NCBI GenBank assembly: GCA_963709845.1
Contig: CAVPXV010000005.1
Coordinates: 439,032 to 503,031, forward strand
Source of the DNA: an uncultured Thermoleophilia bacterium
GTDB lineage: Bacteria > Actinomycetota > Thermoleophilia > UBA2241
DNA: 64,000 bases
Direction: 5' to 3'
A program made the translations under genes and the position numbers. Below, piece after piece: positions 51,224 through 61,074 of this stretch; the stretch's first letter is position 1; each line of letters opens with the position of its first letter. The notes under the pieces are model-generated. The model was not told where the DNA came from, searched no databases, and saw only the letters and a program-made list of their open reading frames with translations.

Positions 51224-52318
51224 CCCGCGATCCCCTCGGCCTCGAGCTCCGCCTCAAAGCGGCGCAGGCAGGCGTCGGGGCTCGGCCGATTGGCGTCGCC
51301 GAGCAGCGAAAGGGCTCCACCGGCGCAGTTGCCGGTGCACGACTCGATGTAGTCGCAGCCCGCGCACTCCTCGAACTCGGCCAGCGCTTTCTGCCGGCGC
51401 GCGCGCAGCTCCTGCAGCGCCGGCGCGCTCTGCCACACGTCCACAAGCCGGTCTTCGCCGATGTGGCCGAGTACGATCTGCGGCAGCGCCACGCACGGCA
51501 CGTAGGCGCCGTCGGCGCGCACCGCAAGTTGCTTCAGCATGCAGCCGCAGCCCACGAGTTTGCCATGCCCTGGGATGGGCTCTCCCGCCTCCCGCGCCAG
51601 CTCCAGGGCGCAGAACATGTGCCAGTCAGCGAGAGGGCCGGCCATGGCAGTCACGCGCCCCGGATAGCGTTCCTCGAGCTCGGCGAGCGTGTGCATGGCC
51701 TGCACCCGCTGCGCCGGCGTGAGGAACATCCCGAGCTCGTACTTCTCGTGGGTGCCCAGCGAGGTGATGGCGTTGGTGCTGAACGTCGGCAGGCCGAGGT
51801 CGTCGAGCAGGAGCGCCGCCAGCGCCGGCAGGTCGTCGAGGTTGGCGCGCGTTCACAGTCACGCGCACGGTCGTCGGCAGCCCGGCCGCCTGCAGCGTGC
51901 GGATCGCGCGCAGTGCAGGCTCGAAGGTGCCGGGGCCGCGCAGGCGCTCGTGCGCCGCTGCGGTGGAGCCGTCCAGGGAGACCTGGACGGACGAGCACCG
52001 CCGCGTCGCCGCCAGCGCCTGCGCGAGCTCAGCCGTGACGAACCACCCGTTGGTGAGCACGCGAAAGCGGATGTTGCGGCTGCCGAGCTCCTCGGCCAGC
52101 TCGACGAAGTCGGGCCGCATCAGCGGCTCTCCGCCCGCCAGCGTGGCTTCGAGGACCTTTGCCTCGGCGAGTTCGTCGAAGAAGGCGAGCCACGCCGACG
52201 TGGGCAGGTCCTCGTAGCGCACGCCCTCGTTCTTCAGGTAGTAGCAGTAGGCGCAGCGCGCGTTGCAGCGGCTGGTGAGCTCCAGGTCGACCTCGAGAGG
52301 CGTGCGCGGCAGCGAGGC
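51214..52318 (-). pseudogene. Second radical SAM/SPASM-domain enzyme, one frame change near 51680
   Basis: Radical SAM half LELTSRCNARCAYCYY...LAGGEPL in ORF 51626..52504. SPASM half (CGCMLKQLAVRADGAYVPCV...CAGCDYIESCTGNCAG) in ORF 51214..51729. Confidence 0.75.
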
Positions 52319-52323
52319 CAGCG

Positions 52324-52623
52324 TCACGAAGCCACCCTCAGCGCACCCGCGTCGGCCAGGGCGCCCAGCAGCTCCACCACCTCGCGGCTCCCCTCCTGGT
52401 CGAAGCCGTCGAAGCCGCGGCGGAGTTCCGCCAGCAGGTCTCCGACCGTGCGTTCGCCGACCACAAGCCTCCACACGGCAACCGTCGAGCGATTCGCGAC
52501 CCACACCTCGCCGGTGTCCGCGTCGAACAGGATCGCCTCGCCGCCATCTTCCTCCCTGAGCACCCAGCTCGGGTTGATGGTGACTCGCGCGCCCGCGTCC
52601 AAATCGGGTCGATCAGCTCGCAT
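52324..52623 (-). CDS. PqqD-family peptide chaperone (RiPP recognition element)
   Basis: 99 aa with WVLREEDGGEAILFDADTGEVWVANRSTVAVWRLVVGERTVGDLLAEL, the PqqD pattern. Confidence 0.7.
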   Translation of the reverse strand: MRADRPDLDAGARVTINPSWVLREEDGGEAILFDADTGEVWVANRSTVAVWRLVVGERTVGDLLAELRRGFDGFDQEGSREVVELLGALADAGALRVAS

Positions 52624-52676
52624 CGTGCCTCCACTCCCCGCGACTCCTCGACGTCTCGCGCCGGAGTCGCGCTACA

Positions 52677-53681
52677 ATGGCCCCGCTGACTTTCACCGCA
52701 ACGTCAGGCGGTGTCAACCGACCTCAGAGGCCATGTTGCCTTCTCATCCTGTCGACAAGAGGAACGCCTCGCGACCGCATCGGGCGCATCTCCTTCGGCC
52801 CACTGCAGTACGAGCTTGTCGCCGCCGACGACTGGGGCGATGCCACACTGGACGACGTACGTCGACACGTCGAGATGCAGACCTTCGAGGGCGCCTCGCT
52901 GCGGCGCGTGATCTACGCCGGTGTCGAGACTACACAAGCGGAACGGCGGATGGTGGATGGGGGCCGTTTGCCAGCCCCCCTCCAGGCTGCTCACGCCGGC
53001 GCCCTGCCGGCGGACGGGTGGCGGGTCACCGGTGACGACGCCGGCAGCATCCTTTGGCTGCACCCGGGTTCGCCCGTCACCTTCTTGACACCCAGCCCCC
53101 TGCCGCCGCCGCTGCGCGCGCGCATCCGCCTGCCCTGGCAGGCGATCGTGCAGGACGTCGTGGGCTACGGTGGCGCCGTCGTGCACGCAGCCCTCGTGAC
53201 GCACGCCGACAGGGCCTACCTGCTCACCGCTCCCCCTGGGGGCGGCAAGACGAGCACCGTCGCACGCCTGCCCAAGGGTTGGACGCTGCTGGGTGACGAC
53301 GGCTGCCTGCTGTGGGCTGGCAGCGGGCAGTTCTTCGCCAGCCCGCTGCCCACGTGGAGCCACGTGCTGGGCGTAGGCGCAGCGCCGGTCGGGGTCGTGA
53401 CATGGCGCGTCGCTGACGCAGTACCAGTGTACGGCCTTGTCCTGCTGACGAAGGCAGCGCGAGACTCGCTCGCAGAGCTGGACCCCCTCGGAGCCACGGT
53501 GGCGTTCTACCGCGCCTTCTCGGAGCACCCCGCTGTCGTTGGCGCGAGGACAGAGCTGCGTGCTCACCTACTCGAGACGGTCGGCGCTCTCGCGGATACT
53601 GTACCTTGCCACGAGGCACGATTGGCCCTCGCTGCGGCACCGCTCGACGATCTCTTCTGCGCACTGGCTGATGCTGGCTGA
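52677..53681 (+). CDS. HPr-kinase-like (HprK C-terminal-like) P-loop protein of RiPP clusters
   Basis: GGAVVHAALVTHADRAYLLTAPPGGGKTSTVARLPKGWTLLGDDGCLL matches the HprK-related kinase core. Confidence 0.65.
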   Translation: MAPLTFTATSGGVNRPQRPCCLLILSTRGTPRDRIGRISFGPLQYELVAADDWGDATLDDVRRHVEMQTFEGASLRRVIYAGVETTQAERRMVDGGRLPAPLQAAHAGALPADGWRVTGDDAGSILWLHPGSPVTFLTPSPLPPPLRARIRLPWQAIVQDVVGYGGAVVHAALVTHADRAYLLTAPPGGGKTSTVARLPKGWTLLGDDGCLLWAGSGQFFASPLPTWSHVLGVGAAPVGVVTWRVADAVPVYGLVLLTKAARDSLAELDPLGATVAFYRAFSEHPAVVGARTELRAHLLETVGALADTVPCHEARLALAAAPLDDLFCALADAG

Positions 53682-54306
53682 GCGCGCCGACAGGGACGTA
53701 CGACACTTCGTCTACCGCGGGCGAAGCATGTGGCCGCTGTTCCGGGACGGTGACGTCCTCATGGTGCGGCCGGTGCGTGGGCGATCGATACGCCTGGGGG
53801 ACTGCGTCGTGTTTTGCTCGCGACCCGGCCTGCCGCCGATAGTCCACCGTGTCGTTGGCCGCACGGGCGGTTACAGAACGAGAGGCGACGCGCACGCCGA
53901 GTACGACGATCAAGTACTGGGCTCGCTAGACGTGATCGGCGTCGTCTCTGCGCGAGTCCGGGCCGGAGCCGTCAGTAGGGTGTCAAGAGGTTGGAGGGGC
54001 CTCGGCGCGGCGAGCATCGCTCGCCAGGCCGCGAAGCTCGATCCTGCGCTCGACTCGCGAGGCGGCGCACTGGCTCGCGTGCTGAGGCGCACGCTGACGC
54101 GGGCGGCGGACAACCTGGGCCGCCGTGTGACCCACGTGCCTCAGCCTCAGGGTCAAGGAGATCGCGTGGTGCGGCTGGAACTGCTGGGGAAGGTCGTCGG
54201 CGTGCACACCATGCGGCACAGGCACATCGACGTCGACGTGTTCTGGCCGTGGACGCTGCTCTTCACAGCTGAAGCCCTCGAGGAGGGTATCTGCGGGCGA
54301 AGCTAG
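53671..54306 (+). CDS. S26/LexA-like signal-peptidase family protein (candidate leader peptidase)
   Basis: GRSMWPLFRDGDVLMV...GDCVVF...PIVHRVV...TRGDAHAEYDDQV...VIGVV, the SPase I / S24-S26 motif order. ATG overlaps the upstream stop. Confidence 0.65.
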   Translation: MLAERADRDVRHFVYRGRSMWPLFRDGDVLMVRPVRGRSIRLGDCVVFCSRPGLPPIVHRVVGRTGGYRTRGDAHAEYDDQVLGSLDVIGVVSARVRAGAVSRVSRGWRGLGAASIARQAAKLDPALDSRGGALARVLRRTLTRAADNLGRRVTHVPQPQGQGDRVVRLELLGKVVGVHTMRHRHIDVDVFWPWTLLFTAEALEEGICGRS

Positions 54307-54333
54307 GCTTCAGCGCCAGACCGCCGCTCAGGT

Positions 54334-54522
54334 CTACCTGCTGGAGCCGACCTGGCAGTTGCCCTGAAAGTGAGTCCCGCCGGTCTGACAGTGGTTGCCG
54401 GAGGCCGCGGTGCTGCCCGTCTCACAGACGCCGGTCGTCACTGTAGAACCGTTGCTGCACGCCCCAAAGACTTCGGGTAGGGACTCAAGTTTGACTAACT
54501 TTGGTGTCTCCCAACGCTCCAC
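54334..54522 (-). CDS. Candidate RiPP precursor peptide (62 aa, 4 Cys in 11-12-residue repeats)
   Basis: GTG start with RBS AAAGGGG. MERWETPKLVKLESLPEVFGA leader-like part, then CSNGSTVTTGV/CETGSTAASGNH/CQTGGTHFQGN/CQVGSSR. Codon usage is A/T-ending (tta, aaa, ttt, aca, tct, tgt), unlike the rest of the window. Confidence 0.6.
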   Translation of the reverse strand: MERWETPKLVKLESLPEVFGACSNGSTVTTGVCETGSTAASGNHCQTGGTHFQGNCQVGSSR

Positions 54523-54895
54523 AGTTCGGCCCCTTTGTGTGCGTTTCCCGCTCGGTTGCGCGCCATCCTACTTCGTTCGGGGTTCCGGACGCAAGAGTCA
54601 GGATGGTGTCAAGCATGCCTTTCGCGACCAGGTCCTCGACGAACGCGAGGAGGTCACCGAGCAAGTCGTCTGGCGCCGCGTCGAATCGCGTGGCCGCTCC
54701 GCCGACCACGTCGCGCAGCGGTCGAGAGCCGTCGATGAGCTCCCAGATCGCCTGCCCTGTCGCGTTGAGCGTGAACAGATCGTCGAGCGGGTCGCCGGCA
54801 TCCGCGTGCAGGGGCGCGAGGACGACGCGGCCGCCGACCAGGCGGGCCGCGACGTCCGGCGAGTGGATCAGGACGGTGTCGGGTGAGAGCGTCAC
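54485..54895 (-). CDS. Second PqqD-family protein
   Basis: GTG start. VLAPLHADAGDPLDDLFTLNATGQAIWELIDGSRPLRDVVGGAATRF pattern. The 3' end overlaps the precursor ORF start in another frame. Confidence 0.6.
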   Translation of the reverse strand: MTLSPDTVLIHSPDVAARLVGGRVVLAPLHADAGDPLDDLFTLNATGQAIWELIDGSRPLRDVVGGAATRFDAAPDDLLGDLLAFVEDLVAKGMLDTILTLASGTPNEVGWRATERETHTKGPNCGALGDTKVSQT

Positions 54896-55074
54896 GGTCG
54901 CGCCATTATGCCACGCCGCGCCCGCCCCTCCTCCCCCACCGGGCGCATTCTCTGTAGTATCTGGGCGGGCCGCGCCCGCCGCAGGGGGAGCGCGGCCCGG
55001 GCCCGAGGAGGCCGGCGCTGAGCGAGGAGCAACGCAAGCCCCAGATCCGCGACGCCCTGCACCTCGTCGACGCG

Positions 55075-56862
55075 GTGCGGCTGGTGTGGCGCGCCGCCCC
55101 GGGCTGGACCGTCCTCACCGTCTCCCTCGCCTTCGTCCAGGGCATCCTGCCGCTGTTCGCCGTCTACCTGATGAAGCTCATCGTCGACGCGGTGACGCAG
55201 GGCATCACGCAGGCCGACCACGCCGCCGCCTTCCGCACCGCCGCCTTCTACATCGCCCTGGCGGCGCTCGTCGGCCTCGCCACGGCGCTCCTGCGCTCGC
55301 TCGGCGCCGTCGCCAGCGAGGCCATGGGCCAGGTGGTCACCGACCACGTCAGCGACCTCATCCACGAGAAGTCCATCGCCGTCGACCTCGAGTACTACGA
55401 GAACGCCGAGTACTACGACACCCTGCAGCGCGCCCAGAACGAGGCGCCCTCGCGCCCCACGCAGATCGTCAACGACCTGCTGAGCACCGGCCAGAGCCTC
55501 ATCTCCGTGATCGCCATGGTCGGCCTGCTGCTCACGCTGCAGTGGTGGGTCGGCGCGATCGTCGTCGCTCACCGCCATCCCCGGCGCCCTCGTGCGCGTG
55601 CGCTACTCGCACCGCCTCTACGACTGGCAGCGCGGGCGCACCTCCACCGAGCGCCGCGCCTGGTACGCGCACTGGCTGCTCACCAGCGGGCCGCACGCCA
55701 AGGAGGTGCGCCTCTTCGGCCTCGGCGAGCTCTTCCGCGGCATGTACAGCGACCTGCGCCGCGTCCTGCGCACCGAGCGCATCGGCATCGCCAAGCGGCG
55801 CGCCGCCGCCGACTTCGCCGCCGGCGCCCTGGCCGTGCTCGCCATCTTCGGCACCTTCGCCTACATCGTCTGGGAGACGATCATCGGCGCCATCAGCCTG
55901 GGCTCCATGGTGATGTACTACCAGGCCTTCCAGACCGGCCTCACCTCGCTGCAGGCCGTGCTCGGCGGCATGGCCGGGCTCTACGAGGACAACCTCTTCC
56001 TCACCTACTACCACGAGTTCATGGCGCTGGAGCCGCGGGTGCTGCCGCCGGCGCAGCCGGCGCCGGTCCCGCGGCCGATGAGCGAGCGGCGTCCACTTCG
56101 AGGCCGTCGACTTCGCCTACCCGGACACGGAGCGCCAGGCGCTCGCCGACGTCACCCTCGACATCCGCCCCGGCGAGGTCGCCGCCCTGGTCGGCCCCAA
56201 CGGCTCCGGCAAGACCACGCTCGTCAAGCTCCTGTGCCGGCTCTACGACCCCACGGCCGGCGCCATCACCCTCGACGGCACCCCGACCGAGCGCCTTCGA
56301 CGTCAGCGAGCTGCGCCGCCAGATGAGCGTCATCTTCCAGGACTTCTCGCAGTACCAGTTCACGGCGCGCGAGAACATCCGCATCGGCAACGTGGAGCTG
56401 GCGGCGGGCGACGCCGGCGGCGGAGGCGGCGGTGGAGGCCGCCGCCCGCGAGGCCGGCGCCGACGAGGTCATCCGCAGCCTGCGCCACGGCTACGAGACG
56501 ATGCTCGGGCAAGCTGGTTCGAGGAGGGCGAGGAGCTGAGCGTGGGCGAGTGGCAGAAGGTGGCGCTCGCCCGCGCCTTCGTGCGCGACGCGCAGATCCT
56601 CGTCCTCGACGAGCCCACGAGCGCGCTCGACCCGGAGGCCGAGTGGCAGATCTTCCAGCACATCCGCGAGCTCGCGCGCGGCCGCGCCGTGGTGCTCATC
56701 AGCCACCGCTTCAGCACCGTGCGCACGGCCGACCGCATCCACATCCTCGACGGCGGCCGCATCGTCGAGAGCGGCAGCCACGACGAGCTCGTCGCCCTCG
56801 GCGGCCGCTACGCGCGCATGTACGAGGTGCAGGCGCGCGCATACACCACCGGCGACGGATAG
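55075..56862 (+). pseudogene. ABC exporter (fused TMD-NBD, MsbA/MdlB-like), at least 5 frame changes
   Basis: TMD in ORFs 55075.. and 55592..56326. NBD motifs split across frames (Walker A GPNGSGKTTLVKLL, Q-loop, signature LSVGEWQKVALARAF, Walker B ILVLDEPTSALD, H-loop ISHR). Confidence 0.8.
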
Positions 56863-56910
56863 TGCGGGTCGCGCCGCGCGGGGCGGCGTCGTTCGTATAG
56901 ACTCAGCACC

Positions 56911-58146
56911 GTGATCGACGCCGGCCCAACCACACGACCAGCATCGCGCCTCTGGAGGCGCTGCACGGCCGGCGCGGCGCCTCGCCGCGGTCGCCTCCGT
57001 CACGCCACCCGCCTGGCCGCCGTCGCGGCTCTCGTGCTCCTCGGGTTCGCCGGCTCGGCCGCCGCCCTGGCGGCGGCCCCGCCGCCCGCCTCAGCCCTCT
57101 CCAAGGGCCTCATCGAGCCCCGCTACGAGCAGTCCACGACGGACCTGGTTCGCGCCAGGCTCATCACGCAGATGGGGTCGCAACTCCACACCGGCTGGGT
57201 GCTCATCAACGTCGATTGGGCCAAGCCTGGAGCCCACGCGCGGCCTCTACGACCCGGTCGAGGTCGCGCGCCTCGACACACTCGTCAACGGCCTGCACAA
57301 GGCCGGCATCAAGGTCATGCTCTCTCCCTGCTACGTGCCGGCGTGGGCCTCGCAGACCTCGTGGTGGACGAAGCCGCCGCCGAGCTACGGCGTCGGGCTA
57401 CCAGCCCTTCTACCCCATCCGCTCGGACGCCCTGCCGGACCTCACCCGTCTGGGCAAGTTCCTTGCCACCCACTTCAGCGGCCGCGTGCAGGCGCTGCAG
57501 TGCTGGAACGAGCCCAACCTGTGGCCGTTCCTCTACCCGCAACGCACCAGCGACGACGCCTACTTCGGGGCGCGCACCTACCTGGGCATGCTCAAAGCGT
57601 TCCACGCCGGCGTCACGCAGGCGCACACCAAGGTCCAGGTCGTCGCCGGCGCCACGGCGCCGATCGGCCTCAACGACTCCATGCGCACCAGCCCTCAGCG
57701 CTTCGCCGGCTTCCTCGCCCGCAACCACGCGGGCAGCTACTTCGACGCCTACTCGCACCACCCGTACACGCCCGGCGGCACCATCTTCCAGCGCCCCGAC
57801 CAACCGCCCAACGACCCTTCGGTGACGGTCACGCTCTACAACCTGAGCACGCTGCTGCGCCTCTTCCCCACCAAGCCCTTCTACCTCACCGAGTACGGCT
57901 ACAACACGCACCCGTCGATGGCGTTCGGCTACTTCACGGTGAGCGCCGCCAAGCAGGCGGTGTACCTGCGGCTGGCGTACGCGCGGGCGCGCAAGTACCC
58001 GCAGGTCAAGGTGCTGTTCTGGTACCTGCTCTACGATTCGCGCCCGACGTCCGGGCCGGCCGAGCAGGGGCGTCTACACGGGCCTACGAGAGGGCAACGG
58101 GACGCGCAAGCCGGCCTGGTACTCGTTCCGCGACCTGCCCAGGTAA
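56911..58146 (+). pseudogene. Secreted GH5-like glycoside hydrolase, 3 frame changes
   Basis: Signal peptide, then WNEPNL (catalytic acid region) and TEYGYN (nucleophile region) split over ORFs 56911.., 57317.. and 57216.. Confidence 0.6.
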
Positions 58147-58208
58147 CGAAAGGGCGCCGCGCGGCGCAGACTCTGCGTCGGCGCGCGGCGCCCCGATCCA
58201 GAACCGTG

Positions 58209-58960
58209 CTACTTCTTGACGGTGAGCGTCGAGCTGTTGCCGGTGGTCGTGGCGGCGAGGTACGGAGCCGCCTTCGTTGCGTTGGTGTAGGCCTGGAAGC
58301 GGTACTTCCCAGCGGAGCCGAGCTGGAGCGTGAGCGAGTACTTGCTGTAGGCGCCGCTATTCGAGTTGGTCGCCGTGTAGGTCTTGTACGTGCTCCATTT
58401 GCCGTTCTTGTAGCGGAAAGCGCTGATGTGCACGGGATTGACGCCCGGCCCGGCCTGCGGCTTGAGCGTGCCGGTGATGGTGAAGTTCTTGTTGATCTTG
58501 ACGGAGGCCGGCACCTTGGGGACGGTCAGCGACGGCTTGACGTGGATGAGCAGCGAGTTGCTGAGGGACGGGATCGTACGGAGGGTTGCCGAGGAATACG
58601 AAGCGGTAGTAGGTGAGCTGCTGGGGGTACACCACGGCGGCGTATTGGCCGGTGGCGTACTGCCCCGGGTCGGTGGTGAGCGTGGCGAGGAGCGTCCACG
58701 GAGAGGGTGACCGGTGGGCGACCACTCCAGACGCACGAACTGGCCGCCGAGGGCCGTGAGCGTGACGTATCCATGAGGGTGCCGGTGACGATCTTGTAGC
58801 CGCCCCAGGTGATGGTCGAGTTGGTCGGGACGGCCGTGAGGCTCGTCGTGTCGGCGGCGGCGATGGCCGGGACGACGAGCATCACCAGCATCGCCGCGAC
58901 GACGACGAGCAACACCGGCACCTTCATCCGGGCGGGCTTGATCGCGGACCTTGCGTTCAT
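58209..58960 (-). pseudogene. Secreted beta-sandwich (Ig-like) protein, 2 frame changes
   Basis: Signal peptide MKVPVLLVVVAAMLVMLVVPAIAAA in ORF 58526..58960. Beta-rich Thr/Ser domain in ORF 58209..58736. Confidence 0.45.
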
Positions 58961-59015
58961 GACATGGCCTCCAATGTCGTCACGGCGTGGCGTGCCTCAA
59001 TCTACGGACGCAAGT

Positions 59016-60698
59016 CTATGCGAGTGGCGCGGCGGAACAAAGGGGGACGACGCTTCTGGCCGCCGCCGTGGGCGGCGCCGAGGAGGCCGTCAGGCGATCG
59101 GCGCTGCCGGCTTGCTCGTCTTGGCCTCGTACTTCTTGCCGCTCCGGCTGTACGAGTAGCCGGACGAATAGGAGGAGTAGTAGCGCCCCTGCCGGTGCTC
59201 GCCGTCGGTGCGCACGATGATGCCGAGCGCGGCGCACGGGAGCTTGCCGAGCTGCTCGGCCGCGCGCTCCAGCATCGGCCTCGTCGCGACGTGCATGTCG
59301 ACCAGGAACACGAGTCCGTCCACCGTCGAGGCCAGCGCCGCCGTGTCGCCCACGGCAAGCAGCGCCGGCGAATCCACGAGCACGATGTCGGCCGTTGAGA
59401 CAAGCGTCTCGATCATGCCGGCGAACCGCCGGGACGCGACGATCTCGCCCGGGTTCGGCGGCAGCGGCCCGCTGGTGAGCACGTAGAGGGAAGTGACGCC
59501 CTCGCTGCCGGCCGCCCATCCCTCGAAGTCCACACCGTTGGCCCCGTTGCCGCTCGAGGTCACCACGACCTTCTGCAGCGCCGAGTCCAGCGGGCCCTTC
59601 CCGGTCGTGACGGTGCTCACGCCGTGTTCGTTGTCGAGCCCGAAGTACTGATGCTGGCGCGGGCGCCGCAGGTCCCCGTCCACGACGATGACCTTCTTGC
59701 CGGCGAGCGCCATGGCCACCGCCAGGTTGGCGACGGTGACGCTCTTGCCCTCGCCCTGGATGCCGCTCGTCACGAGCAGCGAGTGCACGTGGGCATCGAC
59801 GCTCATGAAGTCGAGATTCGTGCGCACGAGGCGGAACGCCTCGGCGGCGTGCCCGTCGGGGTCGCTCAGAGTCGCGACGGTGTGCTCGCCCAAGAGCCGC
59901 TTGGAGATGCGCGGGATGCGACCGAGGACGGGCTGACGAAGGACCTGGGCCACTTCCTCGGAGCGCCGTACGCGCGTGTCGAACTGCTCGAGGAGGAAGG
60001 CCAGGCCGATCGCCAGCGAGGAGCCCGACGCCGAAGCCGAGCACGGCGCTGCGCAGCGGCTTTGGCGAGACCGGCGCTGCGGGCGGCGTCGCCGGCACCA
60101 GCACGCGGAAGTTGCCCGTGGCGGTCGCCTTGAGGATCCTGAGGTCCTGCAGGCGCTGTGCGAGGACGAGGTAGTCGGTGCTCTGCTGGGCCGCTCCCTG
60201 ATAGGACTTGAGCTGCGTCTTGGTCGCGTGCGATGGCCCGCTGGATCTGCGTGGCGGTCTGCTCGCGTGCGCCAGCGCGACGAACGCCACCGCGTAGGCG
60301 TTGGCGGCCGCGGCCGCCAGCCTGGGGCTCGAGCTCGTGGCGGTGATGCGCACCACGTTGCTCGTCGTCGTCGTGGCCGCCGCCCCGGTGTCGGTGACGG
60401 GCTGCGACGAGACCGTGAAGCCGGTGACCGCGACGCCCTTGTCGCGCAGCACTCGAGCGGCTCGCCGCGTCATGTCCGGGCTCGCCAGCACGCTCCCTAC
60501 GCTGGCCAGCTCGAGGTTGCGCGCGGTGGGGTCGGTGTACGTCTGCCCGGTCAGCGGATTGGAGAGGTCCAGCTGCTGCTCGTAGATGAGGTCGGCGCTG
60601 GCCTCATACTGTTTGGTCTGGCGCGCCGAGAAGAAGTAGGCCGAGCCCGTGGCCACAGCGACCACCAGCAGGATGATCCACTTGCGGCGCCAGAGCAC
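59016..60698 (-). pseudogene. Fused Wzz-type chain-length determinant + BY-kinase (polysaccharide tyrosine autokinase), one frame change near 60020
   Basis: N-terminal TM/Wzz part LWRRKWIILLVVAVATG. Kinase part with Walker A GIQGEGKS, VVDGDLRRP and a Tyr cluster YYSSYSSGYSYS in ORF 59090..59953. Confidence 0.8.
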
Positions 60699-61074
60699 GG
60701 CCAGGTAGTCGCCAAGCGTGATGGCTCGGCCCTCGCCAAGTTCGCTCGCCGCGCTGGGCGGAGCCGCCTGGCTGGTGGGCGGGGGAATCGTTTGTGGGGG
60801 TCACTTGATCCCTTCGATCAATCGCGGCGCCACGACCGGCCGCTGGGCACACATGCAGACAGTAGCAGGACGAGACTCCCAGTCCAACCGCGGCGAAGCG
60901 AGGGCTGCCGTGCCGGCAGGACGCATGGCGGGCCACCATCGAGGTGTGACCCTGCTTGTGAACGGAAATTGCGAGCGTCGTCAGCCACTTCACAGTAAGA
61001 TGTGCCCCTGAGGCCGCTAACGGGGGTCCGCGGGCAATGACCGTCACGAGAGGTCGCGCTCAATCGAGACATGC

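Noticed and set aside
51626-52504. N-terminal 60-aa extension of rSAM-2 ORF (MGRESLDGCRVEACGRR...)
   Set aside because: Arg/Gly-rich and overlaps the PqqD gene. The likely start is the GTG at 52318 after GAGGGTGG.
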